Below, piece by piece: positions 26,766 to 36,018 of a stretch of DNA of 64,000 bases (position 1 is the first letter of the stretch; every line of letters starts with the position of its first letter). This DNA comes from Candidatus Omnitrophota bacterium (GTDB lineage: Bacteria > Omnitrophota > Gorgyraeia > JAZDFF01): the NCBI GenBank assembly GCA_043808095.1, contig JAZDFF010000024.1:7868-71867 (forward strand). The letters run 5' to 3'. The position numbers and the translations under genes were made by a program. A model generated the notes under the pieces. That model saw only the letters and a list, made by a program, of their open reading frames with translations, was not told the DNA's origin and did no database searches.

Positions 26766-27696
26766 ACGCGAAGGCGGATAAAAATGCCTCTGCACTATAT
26801 GCGGCTTGGGCACCGTCAGAACAGGCAGTAACTACCTGACGAAGCTGCTTTGCGCAACAGTCACCTGCGGCAAATATGCCCGTAACAGAAGTCTCCATGC
26901 GTTCGTCGATAATGATATGACCCTGATCATCTAATTTGAGGATTCCATTTAAAAACTCAGTCTGAGGTTGTAGGCCGACAAAGATAAATACGCCGTCACA
27001 CTCTAATAAATCCGTCTTTTCTCGATTCACGTCCTTTAACTTTACCGCCTCAACCCTATCTTTGCCGACAATCTCGATTGCCACGGCATTCAGAATAAAT
27101 TCTATCTTTTGGGTTTTGGCCATCTCTTCTTCGAGTATCTTAGTCGCACGCAGTTTGTCCCGGCGGTGAATCAGGTAGACCTTTTTAGCGAATTTCGCTA
27201 AAAAAATAGCTTCTACTGCGGCGGTATTGCCTCCCCCAATAACAGCTACCGTCTTATCCTTAAATAAAGGGCCGTCGCAGGTCGCGCAATAAGAGACGCC
27301 TCTTCCTGTGAACCTATCTTCTTGAGGGATGCCCAGCTTTTTATAATGCGCCCCGGTTGCAACAATGACGGACCTGGCTTGATATTTATCTGCCTGGCCG
27401 TGGATAGTCTTAATTGATGCGCCGGATTTCTCTTTTAAATCAATATCGATTTTACCTGCCTCGTCAAACACAAACTTCGCGCCGAAATCTTCGGCCTGTT
27501 TATGCATTTGCCTTACTAGCTCATTGCTTGAGATCCCCCCGGGAAATCCGGGGAAATTTTCTATTGTATGGGTCAGCATCAGTTGGCCGCCGACAGCAGT
27601 TTTTTCTATAACCAGGGTAGCCAGCCGCGATCTACCGGCATAAATTGCCGCAGTCAAGCCCGCAGGCCCTGCTCCGATAATTACGACATCATACAT
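26764..27696 (-). CDS. trxB: thioredoxin-disulfide reductase
   Basis: MYDVVIIGAGPAGLTAAIYA FAD-binding motif, redox-active CATC, and a second GGGNTA NADPH-binding motif. Confidence 0.9.
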   Translation of the reverse strand: MYDVVIIGAGPAGLTAAIYAGRSRLATLVIEKTAVGGQLMLTHTIENFPGFPGGISSNELVRQMHKQAEDFGAKFVFDEAGKIDIDLKEKSGASIKTIHGQADKYQARSVIVATGAHYKKLGIPQEDRFTGRGVSYCATCDGPLFKDKTVAVIGGGNTAAVEAIFLAKFAKKVYLIHRRDKLRATKILEEEMAKTQKIEFILNAVAIEIVGKDRVEAVKLKDVNREKTDLLECDGVFIFVGLQPQTEFLNGILKLDDQGHIIIDERMETSVTGIFAAGDCCAKQLRQVVTACSDGAQAAYSAEAFLSAFA

Positions 27697-28544
27697 TTTT
27701 CGAATTGCTCCTTTGCCCTAAAGGAACTGCGCACTAATGGACCGCTAGTTACTGATTTAAAACCCAAAGAAATTGCAACTTTTTGATAGAGGCGGAATTC
27801 CCCGGGAAGAATAAATCTTTCTACTTTTAAATGCCGCGGAGACGGCGAAAGGTATTGTCCGAGACTCAGGATGTCGCATCCGCTTTCTCTTAAATCCTTC
27901 ATTGCCGCAACTACCTCATCTTCGGCCTCGCCCAGACCCAACATAAGACCGGATTTTGTAAAGACTGATTTATCGGCTTTTTTAATCATATCAAGCAAAT
28001 TCAGAGACCTCTTATAATCCGACTTTTTATCTTTGACTTTTCTATATAACCTGGGCACGGTATCAATGTTATGCCCGATTACCTCAGGATGCGCTTCAAT
28101 TATTTTTTCAAGCGGCTTGGACTCGCCACTAAAATCTGGAATAAGCACCTCGATTTTTGCCGAAGGATTAAGTTTTCGCACGCTCTTTATAACCTGAGAA
28201 AATTGCCCGGCGCCTCCGTCAAAAATATCGTCGCGCGTCACCGAAGTTATCACCACGTATTTTAAACCGAGTAATAAAGAAACCGCGCCAATCCTAAGAG
28301 GCTCTTCCCTGTCGGGGATGAGCGGTCTTTTGTTAAGGATGGCGCAAAACCGGCAATTTCTGGTGCAGGCCTTGCCTAAAATCAAAAAGGTGAGGGTATT
28401 TTGGGAAAGACATTTTCCGGAATTAGGGCAATGGGCACTGTTGCAGACGGTCTCAATCTTAAAACTTTTGAGGATATTTAAATAATAAGATAGTGTTTCT
28501 TTTTCGGGCAAGTCCTGTCTGAACCATTGGGGGAGATGATTCAT
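27681..28544 (-). CDS. lipA: lipoyl synthase
   Basis: N-terminal Cys cluster (CNSAHCPNSGKC) plus radical SAM CTRNCRFC. Typical LipA length (287 aa). Confidence 0.9.
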   Translation of the reverse strand: MNHLPQWFRQDLPEKETLSYYLNILKSFKIETVCNSAHCPNSGKCLSQNTLTFLILGKACTRNCRFCAILNKRPLIPDREEPLRIGAVSLLLGLKYVVITSVTRDDIFDGGAGQFSQVIKSVRKLNPSAKIEVLIPDFSGESKPLEKIIEAHPEVIGHNIDTVPRLYRKVKDKKSDYKRSLNLLDMIKKADKSVFTKSGLMLGLGEAEDEVVAAMKDLRESGCDILSLGQYLSPSPRHLKVERFILPGEFRLYQKVAISLGFKSVTSGPLVRSSFRAKEQFEKCMMS

Positions 28545-28742
28545 TTATTTTGAACTAGCTTTAAACCTCTTTATGGAGCGGTCGTAGGTTTTTTCTATTT
28601 CCGGGCTAAAAAAGCAAGCAGGAAGTTCTTTATTTTTCCTCGGATAAGCAATACATTCGCAGCATATCCCTTTTCGCGAACAAGACGAATAAGTACAATT
28701 GCAGCGTTCTAAATTGGCTTTGAGATTCAGGCATTCCTTCAT
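28545..28742 (-). CDS. small Cys-rich protein (8 Cys in 65 aa), function unknown
   Basis: [30 protein letters not shown]. Its stop codon abuts the lipA start codon (TAA-ATG). No recognisable SD, so coding status is uncertain. Confidence 0.35.
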   Translation of the reverse strand: MKECLNLKANLERCNCTYSSCSRKGICCECIAYPRKNKELPACFFSPEIEKTYDRSIKRFKASSK

Positions 28743-28754
28743 CTGTTAAAAATT

Positions 28755-28845
28755 ATTTATCGGATCATACGGATTATTACGGATAAAAACGGATAATTTT
28801 ATCCGCGACATCCGTGCTTTTCATCTGTTTGCATCCGTGAATAAA
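28755..28845. promoter_or_regulatory. array of seven ACGGAT/ATCCG half-sites around a central palindrome AACGGATaattttATCCGC, upstream of the Cys-rich ORF / lipA
   Basis: Direct copies at 28759, 28768, 28778 and 28788 (9-10-10 bp spacing). Inverted copies at 28800, 28809 and 28832. Same architecture as 21897-21990. Confidence 0.55.
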
Positions 28846-28848
28846 AAA

Positions 28849-29208
28849 TCAATTTAACTTTTCTATAATACGGTTATTCTTACCCACGTAAACTTTTTTT
28901 AAGACCACTTTCTTTGCCTTGGCTTCTTCGACCATGGCATAGGCCAGAATTATTATCTCATCTCCGACAGAACCAGTATGCGCTAACGGGCCGTTTAGAC
29001 ATACCACGCCCGAATGTTTTTTACCGGCGATTGCATAAGTCTCATGTCTTGAGCCGTTCTTTAAATTCAAGACCTCGACTTTCTCACCCGGCAAGATATC
29101 TACTGCTTTAAGCAGAACTTCATCGATAGTAATACTGCCCTCATAATGAAGCTCAGCCTGCGTAACATGTGCCCTGTGAATCTTCGATTTACAGATAATC
29201 CTATACAT
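28849..29208 (-). CDS. panD: aspartate 1-decarboxylase
   Basis: KSKIHRAHVTQAELHYEGSITID, NGSRHETYAIAG and NGPLAHTGSVGDEIII align with PanD (self-processing G-S of the pyruvoyl site present). Confidence 0.9.
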   Translation of the reverse strand: MYRIICKSKIHRAHVTQAELHYEGSITIDEVLLKAVDILPGEKVEVLNLKNGSRHETYAIAGKKHSGVVCLNGPLAHTGSVGDEIIILAYAMVEEAKAKKVVLKKVYVGKNNRIIEKLN

Positions 29209-29218
29209 TTTCCCTCTT

Positions 29219-30271
29219 TTATTTACCCTCCATTAAACGATAGGTTTGCCTGGCTATCATCAACTCTTCATTAGTCGGTATTACCAAAATCTTGGCTTTT
29301 TTTACCAAGGAGCTTAATCCCTGGATAGCCATCTTCCTTATCTCGGGCTGGTTCTCTCCGATACCCGCAGTAAATATGACGGCATCAAGACCGCCCATAG
29401 CCAGAATATAAGCACCGATATACTTTTTCAGCCGGTAGACAAAAATATCTAAGGCAAGCTTCGCCCGCTTATTGGACTTTATCTTTCCCATAATATCCCT
29501 TAGATCATTGCTTATCCCGGAAATCCCTTTAAGCCCGCTTTCCTTATTTAAAATTTCCTCAATGCGTGAAACCGAAATATTCTCCTTACGCATTAAAAAT
29601 GTAATAACCGCCGGGTCAATATCGCCCGAACGAGTCCCCATGACCAAGCCTTCTAAGGGGGTAAAACCCATACTCGTATCTATGGCATGGCCGAATTTCG
29701 TGGCGGTAATGCTGCAACCATTGCCTAAATGACAGGTAATCAGGCGTAATTTATGAAGCGGTTTACTGAGGCGTTTAGCTGCCTCGTGGGCTACATATTC
29801 ATGGCTCGTGCCGTGAAAACCGTATTTTCGGATAGCATATTTTCGGTAATATCTATAAGGAATGGCGTAGATAAATGCCTCCTCTGGCAAAGTCTGATAA
29901 AAGGCAGTGTCAAAAACTGCTATCTGCGGAATACCCGGTAATAATTTCATGCAGGTCCTGATGCCGATTATATTTGCAGGATTATGCAAAGGCGCTAATT
30001 TTGAACATTCTTCTATTTTTCTAATAACATAGTCGTTGATGCGCGTAGGTTTTTCAAATTCCTGGCCTCCGTGGACAACGCGATGACCAACAGCATCAAT
30101 ACGTTTTATCTGGCCAAGGATTATCTCTAATCCCATATGATGATTAATAATCTTTGAGCCTCTCTCGCCAATCTTCTCGATTAGGCCACTGGATACCAAG
30201 ATGCCCTGCGGCATTTTAAAAAGTTTATATTTTATGGAGGAACTTCCGCAATTAATAACCAGTATTCTCAT
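29219..30271 (-). CDS. ackA: acetate/propionate-family kinase (short form)
   Basis: MRILVINCGSSSIKYKLF, HLGNGCSITA, IDTSMGFTPLEGLVMGTRSGDIDP and PTNEELMIARQT match acetate kinase motifs. At 350 aa it is shorter than canonical (~400 aa). Confidence 0.75.
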   Translation of the reverse strand: MRILVINCGSSSIKYKLFKMPQGILVSSGLIEKIGERGSKIINHHMGLEIILGQIKRIDAVGHRVVHGGQEFEKPTRINDYVIRKIEECSKLAPLHNPANIIGIRTCMKLLPGIPQIAVFDTAFYQTLPEEAFIYAIPYRYYRKYAIRKYGFHGTSHEYVAHEAAKRLSKPLHKLRLITCHLGNGCSITATKFGHAIDTSMGFTPLEGLVMGTRSGDIDPAVITFLMRKENISVSRIEEILNKESGLKGISGISNDLRDIMGKIKSNKRAKLALDIFVYRLKKYIGAYILAMGGLDAVIFTAGIGENQPEIRKMAIQGLSSLVKKAKILVIPTNEELMIARQTYRLMEGK

Positions 30272-31218
30272 AGTCTATCTTGAGCTTTGGCTGAACGGAT
30301 AGCTGTTACCGCAACGCAATCAATTATATCATCTACATCGCATCCGCGGGAAAGGTCGCTACAGGGCTTAATCAGTCCCATTAAAAGCGGGCCAATAGCC
30401 CTGGCCTTGGCAAGCCTTTGGACTATTTTATAGGAGATATTTCCTGCCTCTAAATTCGGAAAGATTAAAATATTAGCTCTACCTCCTAGAACATCGCTAG
30501 CGCCCTTTATCTTGGCTACCTCAGGTACTATTGCCGCGTCAACTTGTAATTCTCCGTCAATGAGTAAATCCGGCCTGGATTTCTTGGCAATTTCTGTTGC
30601 CTCTTTGACCTTTTCAACTAAACGGCCGCTGGCTGAGCCTTTGGTGGAATAACTGAGCATCGCTACCTTTGGGACAATACCTAAAACCGCCTGGGCTAAT
30701 TCTGCGGAAGATATTGCAATGTTAGCTAAATTCTCAGGCGAAGGCTCAGGCACAATCCCGCAATCAGCAAAAATAAATACCCCATTTTCTCCATAACCAC
30801 AATCTGGAATCATCATAATAAACGAACTTGATGCAGTTATAAAACGTTCATCCACACCGATACAATAAATGGCTGCCCTGGCAACATCAGGCGTAGTGTG
30901 GCTGGCACCAGCCACAAGACCATCAGCCAAGCCTTGACGCACTAACATAGCACCGTAATAAAGCGGTTTTCTTATTATTTCTTTCGCCTCCTCCTGAGAA
31001 ATACCTTTATGTTTACGCAATTCATAAAAAATTGAACTGAAATCATCTAATTTTCCGGGTTCGATATCTTTAGTCCCCAATAATACTGCCTTGGCAATAC
31101 GATTTTTGTTAATAAACTTTGCTGCCTCAATAATGCGCGGCTCATCTGACTCCGGCAAGACAATGGTCTTATTCAACCTGCGTGCTTGTTCCCGAATCTT
31201 TTTTATAATTTTTATCAA
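30268..31218 (-). CDS. pta: phosphate acetyl/butyryl-transferase (PTA_PTB family, catalytic domain only)
   Basis: PTA_PTB family blocks (AGASHTTPDV...; IDGELQVDAAIVPEVA...; DVLGGRANILIFPNLEAGNISYK). Start overlaps the ack stop by 4 bp. Confidence 0.8.
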   Translation of the reverse strand: MIKIIKKIREQARRLNKTIVLPESDEPRIIEAAKFINKNRIAKAVLLGTKDIEPGKLDDFSSIFYELRKHKGISQEEAKEIIRKPLYYGAMLVRQGLADGLVAGASHTTPDVARAAIYCIGVDERFITASSSFIMMIPDCGYGENGVFIFADCGIVPEPSPENLANIAISSAELAQAVLGIVPKVAMLSYSTKGSASGRLVEKVKEATEIAKKSRPDLLIDGELQVDAAIVPEVAKIKGASDVLGGRANILIFPNLEAGNISYKIVQRLAKARAIGPLLMGLIKPCSDLSRGCDVDDIIDCVAVTAIRSAKAQDRL

Positions 31219-31219
31219 G

Positions 31220-32317
31220 CTATATCCTCTGGTAAATTTTATCTATATCCACATATTCTTTGACCATCTTGATTACCATATCAATTTTCTCTTTATCCTG
31301 AGGTCTGATTTTGACGGTTAAATCATGAATCTGGCTTGCGACGGTATAGGTATCTTTCTTGGCAAGAAGCATGGGAATCCCGGATTCTCTTACCAAGTCC
31401 ATAATCGGTTCGTGAGGAATTATTCCGCCGGATATAACGATACCGGCGATCCTCCTTGAACCGGCCTTCTTCATTAAGTGCAGACTCAAGACTGTAAGAA
31501 TTATATCGCCACGGTCTCCGGGGGTAATAATCAAAGAATTATCCTGGATATAATTAATGGCATTATGAGGCTCCATTGCCCCTACCAAAATACGCTCTGC
31601 CCGATTATTTACGGCGCCTTTGCCGGTTAATAATTCATAATCGGTTTCATCCAATATCTGTTCAATACTGGGGCAGGAAAGCATGGGATTGTAAGGCATT
31701 ACTCCCAAAACTTCAATCCCTTTTCTCTTGAGGCCGGCTCTTACGAGTTTATCTATCTTTTTAAATTTATTCGGTAAGACCTTATTGATAATAACACCGG
31801 CCAACTCTACCCCTTCTTTATCGAATAGCGATTTATTTAAAACTATCTCATCAATAGGCCTACCAATTCCTCCGGAAGAAATAAGCACGACCTTTGAACC
31901 CAGTAATTTCGCCACGCTAGCATTAGAATGATCAAACACAGAACCCACGCCGGCGTGTCCCGTGCCTTCGATAATAACGATTTCATTTCCTTTGGCGACG
32001 TGGTTAAAGGAAGTCTGGATCTGTTCAGTCAAAGCCGCTTTGTTGGGCTCATTTATATACCTTTCCGTAAATCCTTTCTCAACGGCAATAGGGCTCATGT
32101 CTTTTATGCCGCATTTTATCCCGCAGACTTCCAATGTCTTCTCGACCAAAACCGAATCCTCATCTACTTTAAGCCCCTCCTCTTCCAGATATCTCTGGCC
32201 GATTGGCTTAATAAAACCGACATTCTTGAATTTATTCATCAGATTAAAGATAAGGCCCAGGGCGACTGTGGTTTTTCCGTCGTTTTGTTTGGTGGCCGCG
32301 ATAAATATTTTTTTCAT
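31220..32317 (-). CDS. DRTGG/AAA-like protein resembling the N-terminal regulatory domain of long phosphotransacetylases (stand-alone)
   Basis: N-terminal MKKIFIAATKQNDGKTTVALGL (BioD/CobQ-like P-loop, as in the Pta N-terminus). Lies 1 bp upstream of the catalytic pta-like gene. Confidence 0.55.
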   Translation of the reverse strand: MKKIFIAATKQNDGKTTVALGLIFNLMNKFKNVGFIKPIGQRYLEEEGLKVDEDSVLVEKTLEVCGIKCGIKDMSPIAVEKGFTERYINEPNKAALTEQIQTSFNHVAKGNEIVIIEGTGHAGVGSVFDHSNASVAKLLGSKVVLISSGGIGRPIDEIVLNKSLFDKEGVELAGVIINKVLPNKFKKIDKLVRAGLKRKGIEVLGVMPYNPMLSCPSIEQILDETDYELLTGKGAVNNRAERILVGAMEPHNAINYIQDNSLIITPGDRGDIILTVLSLHLMKKAGSRRIAGIVISGGIIPHEPIMDLVRESGIPMLLAKKDTYTVASQIHDLTVKIRPQDKEKIDMVIKMVKEYVDIDKIYQRI

Positions 32318-32342
32318 TTTTTCTGTTGAAATATAACTACCT

Positions 32343-32390
32343 AAGATTACGGTGATTTTGTAAAACTGATTACGGTGATTAAAGCACTAA
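32343..32390. promoter_or_regulatory. GTGATT-N17-GTGATT element (ttacggtgattttgtaaaactgattacggtgattaa) upstream of the DRTGG/pta/ack operon
   Basis: Nearly the same element (cagtgattttgtaaagaagatttcagtgattaat, same 23-bp phasing, plus two inverted AATCAC copies) at 24151-24216 upstream of the GT4 gene. A single ttacggtgattttt at 52170-52183 lies upstream of the 4-TM protein gene. Confidence 0.5.
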
Positions 32391-32427
32391 TCTCCGGAAT
32401 CTCTTCAATAATCGCTGGAATCATCAT

Positions 32428-32751
32428 TTATAAAATAAGCTCTTTAATCTTTGCCTCTAACTGAGATTTATTGACAGCCCCTACTACCTGCTCCTCAATC
32501 TTACCTTGTTTAAAAAAAAGAATTGTAGGAACAGACATAATCGTATATTTGGAAGCGATATTGCTATCTTGACCCACATCTAACTCTCCAATCTTAATTT
32601 TACCGTGATATTCTCTGGCAAGCTCTTCTATGATTGGCGAGAGTTTCTGGCAAGGCCCGCACCAGGTAGCCCAAAAATCTACCAGTACGGGGAGCTTGGA
32701 CTCTATTACTTCCTTCTGGAAATTTTTCTCGGATAGATGGATTAAGGACAT
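32428..32751 (-). CDS. trxA: thioredoxin
   Basis: WATWCGPC active site. ORF track starts 11 codons earlier; the MSLIHLSEKNFQ start gives the canonical ~107-aa thioredoxin. Confidence 0.85.
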   Translation of the reverse strand: MSLIHLSEKNFQKEVIESKLPVLVDFWATWCGPCQKLSPIIEELAREYHGKIKIGELDVGQDSNIASKYTIMSVPTILFFKQGKIEEQVVGAVNKSQLEAKIKELIL

Positions 32752-32882
32752 TTCTATAGAATACAAAAACGGCTTTATAGACAAAAAGCCTATTAGGTTT
32801 GCTATTTTTAAAAAAGCATAACTTATTATAGCACAGATTCTTAACTTGGCAATTATTAGTTTAAACGAGAATTTTTCTTGGC

Positions 32883-33848
32883 CTAAACTGCCTCTATGGT
32901 TGAAGGAGGTTTGGCGGTAATATTGTAGGTAACACTTACAACGCCTGGCACTTCTTTAGTGATCCTTTCCGCCAATTTATCCAATGTTTCAAAGGGAAGC
33001 CTGGTAGGCCGGCCTTGGCGCGCATCAAGACTATCCCAGCACCTGATTTCAAACTGAAAACCAAAATCTCTTTTTCCATCACGGATGCCGGTGGCTTTAT
33101 CGTTATGCAAGATAGCCATGTATTGGAACGCGGGCACCTTCGCCAATATCTCTTCTACAATGGCAGTCGCCTGTCTAACCAATTTTATTTTCTCGGGGGT
33201 AGCCTCTCCGATTACCCTGGCTGATAAAGCCGGACCCGGAAACGGCATGCGATTATATGTTGACTCAGGCAATCCTAAAACCTCGGCTACTTTTCTTACG
33301 CCGTCTTTACGCAGTTCTACTAAAGGCTCGATAATCTTATAGCCAAATGCCTCCTCTGGGTCAATGCCTAATTGCGCAAAGACATTGTGTTGTCTTTTTA
33401 TCCCGGCAACCGTCTCATCCACGTCGGTAAGAATCGTCCCCTGCAAAAGGTACTTTGCGCCACTATCTTTAACGAGTTTGCCGAAAACGTCTTTATAAAA
33501 AGTCTGGGTGATCGCCTCTCTTTTTTCCTCAGGGTCAGTTATACCGCTAAGAGCCTTAAAGAACTTTTCCTGGGCATCGATTATTTCTACAACCACCCCT
33601 AAACTTTTAAATAATGAAACTATTTTTTGCGGCTCATCCTGGCGCATCAGGCCGTTGTCGATAAAATAGGTCTTAAGCCTTTCACCCAGCGCCTTATGGC
33701 CCAGCATCGTAACTGCCGAAGAATCCACTCCTCCGGATAAGGCATTAATGGCCAAGCCCTTGCCTACTTGCGAGGATATGTCTTTTGCTTTTTCTTCGAT
33801 AAATTTCTTTGGATCTAAATCCTTTAATGTAATTTCTTTGACCTGCAT
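32883..33848 (-). CDS. guaA: GMP synthase (glutamine-hydrolysing) subunit B / ATP-pyrophosphatase domain protein
   Basis: PP-loop SGGVDSS near the N-terminus plus a C-terminal dimerisation domain. 321 aa with no glutamine-amidotransferase domain, i.e. the split (subunit B) form. Confidence 0.8.
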   Translation of the reverse strand: MQVKEITLKDLDPKKFIEEKAKDISSQVGKGLAINALSGGVDSSAVTMLGHKALGERLKTYFIDNGLMRQDEPQKIVSLFKSLGVVVEIIDAQEKFFKALSGITDPEEKREAITQTFYKDVFGKLVKDSGAKYLLQGTILTDVDETVAGIKRQHNVFAQLGIDPEEAFGYKIIEPLVELRKDGVRKVAEVLGLPESTYNRMPFPGPALSARVIGEATPEKIKLVRQATAIVEEILAKVPAFQYMAILHNDKATGIRDGKRDFGFQFEIRCWDSLDARQGRPTRLPFETLDKLAERITKEVPGVVSVTYNITAKPPSTIEAV

Positions 33849-34045
33849 GTGTGCCTCCTTTTTATTGTTCTGTGAGCCAACTGAACATTAAATCCTAAAC
33901 ACTAAATCCGAAATCCTAAATAAATCCCTTACTGCTGTCAGGCAGGCAAAATTCAAATGCCAAAAATAACTTACAATTTCTTCGTTTTAGATTTTGAATT
34001 TATAAAATTGTTTAGAGTTTAAGGTTTCGAGTTTAGGATTTAAAT
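33849..34045. promoter_or_regulatory. ~190-bp imperfect long palindrome with AAATCCTAAA-type repeats between GMP synthase B and the cyclophilin gene
   Basis: taaatcctaaacactaaatccgaaatcctaaat (33888-33920) is mirrored by tttagagtttaaggtttcgagtttaggattta (34012-34045). Confidence 0.4.
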
Positions 34046-34600
34046 TCATCTCTTTAGGTATGCCCTGGTGATCTTCTGCGTCGAAAGGGGTTTATCATTT
34101 GCGTCGGCGATGGTACCTTCGATCTTTTTGACCACATCATAACCGGCAATAACCTCTGCGAAAATTGTATGCTTCATATTAAGCCACGGCGTGGGTACGC
34201 TAGTAATAAAAAACTGGCTGCCGTTGGTATTTGGCCCGGCATTGGCCATGGCCACGAGGCCCTGGCGGTCAAATTTTACGTCTTGGCTTACTTCATCTAG
34301 AAAGGCACTACCCCAGATTGATTCACCGCCCATACCCGTACCCGTAGGGTCTCCGCTCTGAATCATGAAACCCTCAATTACCCGGTGAAAGATTATCCCG
34401 TTATAGTACCCCTTTTTAACTAATTCTAGAAAATTCTCGCAGGCCTTGGGCGCGACCTCCGGCATTAATTTTATCTCGATATTACCCTGGTTTGTTTCTA
34501 AGACTACGATTTTATCTTCCATAGCATAACCTCTTAAGTTAAAATTAGTTAAAAATAGTAGCAGAAACCCGAATACAAAAATCTTACTTATGGCCTTCAT
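34046..34600 (-). CDS. cyclophilin-type peptidyl-prolyl cis-trans isomerase, secreted
   Basis: FHRVIEGFMIQSGDP...GGESIWG cyclophilin signature. N-terminal signal peptide. Confidence 0.9.
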   Translation of the reverse strand: MKAISKIFVFGFLLLFLTNFNLRGYAMEDKIVVLETNQGNIEIKLMPEVAPKACENFLELVKKGYYNGIIFHRVIEGFMIQSGDPTGTGMGGESIWGSAFLDEVSQDVKFDRQGLVAMANAGPNTNGSQFFITSVPTPWLNMKHTIFAEVIAGYDVVKKIEGTIADANDKPLSTQKITRAYLKR

Positions 34601-34617
34601 ATTTTTCTCCTGATTTT

Positions 34618-36018
34618 TTAGCGTTTTGATTTTTTTGCCGGCGTTTTAGGTGCTGGCTTAGGTAGGTGTCTTATAAACTCTAATGACTTTTGTAATTCCT
34701 CTTCAGGCAAATGATATTCAATAAGCCCTCCGCTAAGAAACTTCTCGTATCCGGTTAAATCCATCAGGCCGTGGCCGCTATAGTTAAATAGAATCACTTT
34801 TTTCTTGGCTTCTTTTTTGGCCTTAAGCGCCTCCTCGATTACGCAGGCAATAGCGTGGCTGGTCTCGGGTGCGCAAATCGCTCCTTCTGTCCTTGACCAA
34901 AGCAGGGCTGCCTCGTAGCATTTTATCTGGTCATAGGCGCGCGGCGATGCTAAACCTTCAACAATAACCTTACTCACCAATGGCGCCATGCCGTGATAAC
35001 GCAGGCCTCCTGCGTGAATTGGCGCAGGGATAAATTTATGGCCTAAGGTAAACATGGCTAATAACGGGGTCATGCCTGCCGTATCCCCAAAATCATAAGC
35101 AAACGGGCCGCGGGTCATCGTAGGGCATGCCGTAGGCTCAACCGGATAAATCTCTATTTTTGCGCCGTGAATCTTATCATAGACAAAGGGAAAAGATAGT
35201 CCCGCAAAATTGCTCCCTCCTCCGGCACAGGCAATCACAATATCCGGTTTTTTTTCGCCGGCCAATTTCAATTGTTTTTTCGCCTCTAAGCCGATAATCG
35301 TCTGGTGCAACAGGACATGATTTAAGACGCTGCCCAGGGAATAACGGGTTTTTCCGCTACTGTCGGAAACTGCCTGCTCAATTGCTTCGCTTATGGCAAT
35401 ACCAAGGCTACCTGGCGTATCCGGCATCACTTTTAAAATCTCTCTTCCTGCGTTCGTCTCATTACTGGGACTGGCTACGCAGTTGGCGCCCCAAACCTGC
35501 ATCATAATCTTTCTAAGCGGCTTTTGGTCAAAACTGATTCTTACCATAAAGACCTTGCACTCAAGGCCGATTAGGTTGCAGGCAAAGGCCAAAGCGCATC
35601 CCCATTGACCGGCGCCGGTCTCGGTAGTCAATTTCTTTATCCCGAACTTTTTATTATACCAGGCCTGAGGCACGGCAGTATTAGGTTTATGACTTCCCGG
35701 AGGGCTCATGCTTTCATCCTTATAATAAATTCTTGCCGGTGTCTTTAAATATTCCTCAAGATAAACTGCCCGGCGTAAAGGTGACGGCCTCCAGCGATAG
35801 AGGATCTCGATAATTTCCCGGGGGATATCAATCCAGCGTTTTGAGCTGACCTCCTGCTCAATCAGGTTCATAGGAAATACCTTGGCCAGTACCTTCGGGT
35901 CAACGGGATTACCGTCCGGTCCGATAGGCGGATGAACGCCTCCGGGCAGATCCGCTGCCAGGTTATACCATTTCCTGGGAATATCTTTTTCGCCTAAAAG
36001 AATCTTTTTTTCGACCAT
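34618..36018 (-). CDS. TrpB-like PLP-dependent enzyme (TrpB2 family)
   Basis: SHKPNTAV (PLP-lysine motif, compare GSHKxN in TrpB). The MVEKKILLGEKDIPRKWYNLAADLP start matches TrpB2 N-termini. The ORF-track N-terminal extension (to 36129) runs through a GC-rich repeat element and is probably not coding. Confidence 0.8.
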   Translation of the reverse strand: MVEKKILLGEKDIPRKWYNLAADLPGGVHPPIGPDGNPVDPKVLAKVFPMNLIEQEVSSKRWIDIPREIIEILYRWRPSPLRRAVYLEEYLKTPARIYYKDESMSPPGSHKPNTAVPQAWYNKKFGIKKLTTETGAGQWGCALAFACNLIGLECKVFMVRISFDQKPLRKIMMQVWGANCVASPSNETNAGREILKVMPDTPGSLGIAISEAIEQAVSDSSGKTRYSLGSVLNHVLLHQTIIGLEAKKQLKLAGEKKPDIVIACAGGGSNFAGLSFPFVYDKIHGAKIEIYPVEPTACPTMTRGPFAYDFGDTAGMTPLLAMFTLGHKFIPAPIHAGGLRYHGMAPLVSKVIVEGLASPRAYDQIKCYEAALLWSRTEGAICAPETSHAIACVIEEALKAKKEAKKKVILFNYSGHGLMDLTGYEKFLSGGLIEYHLPEEELQKSLEFIRHLPKPAPKTPAKKSKR

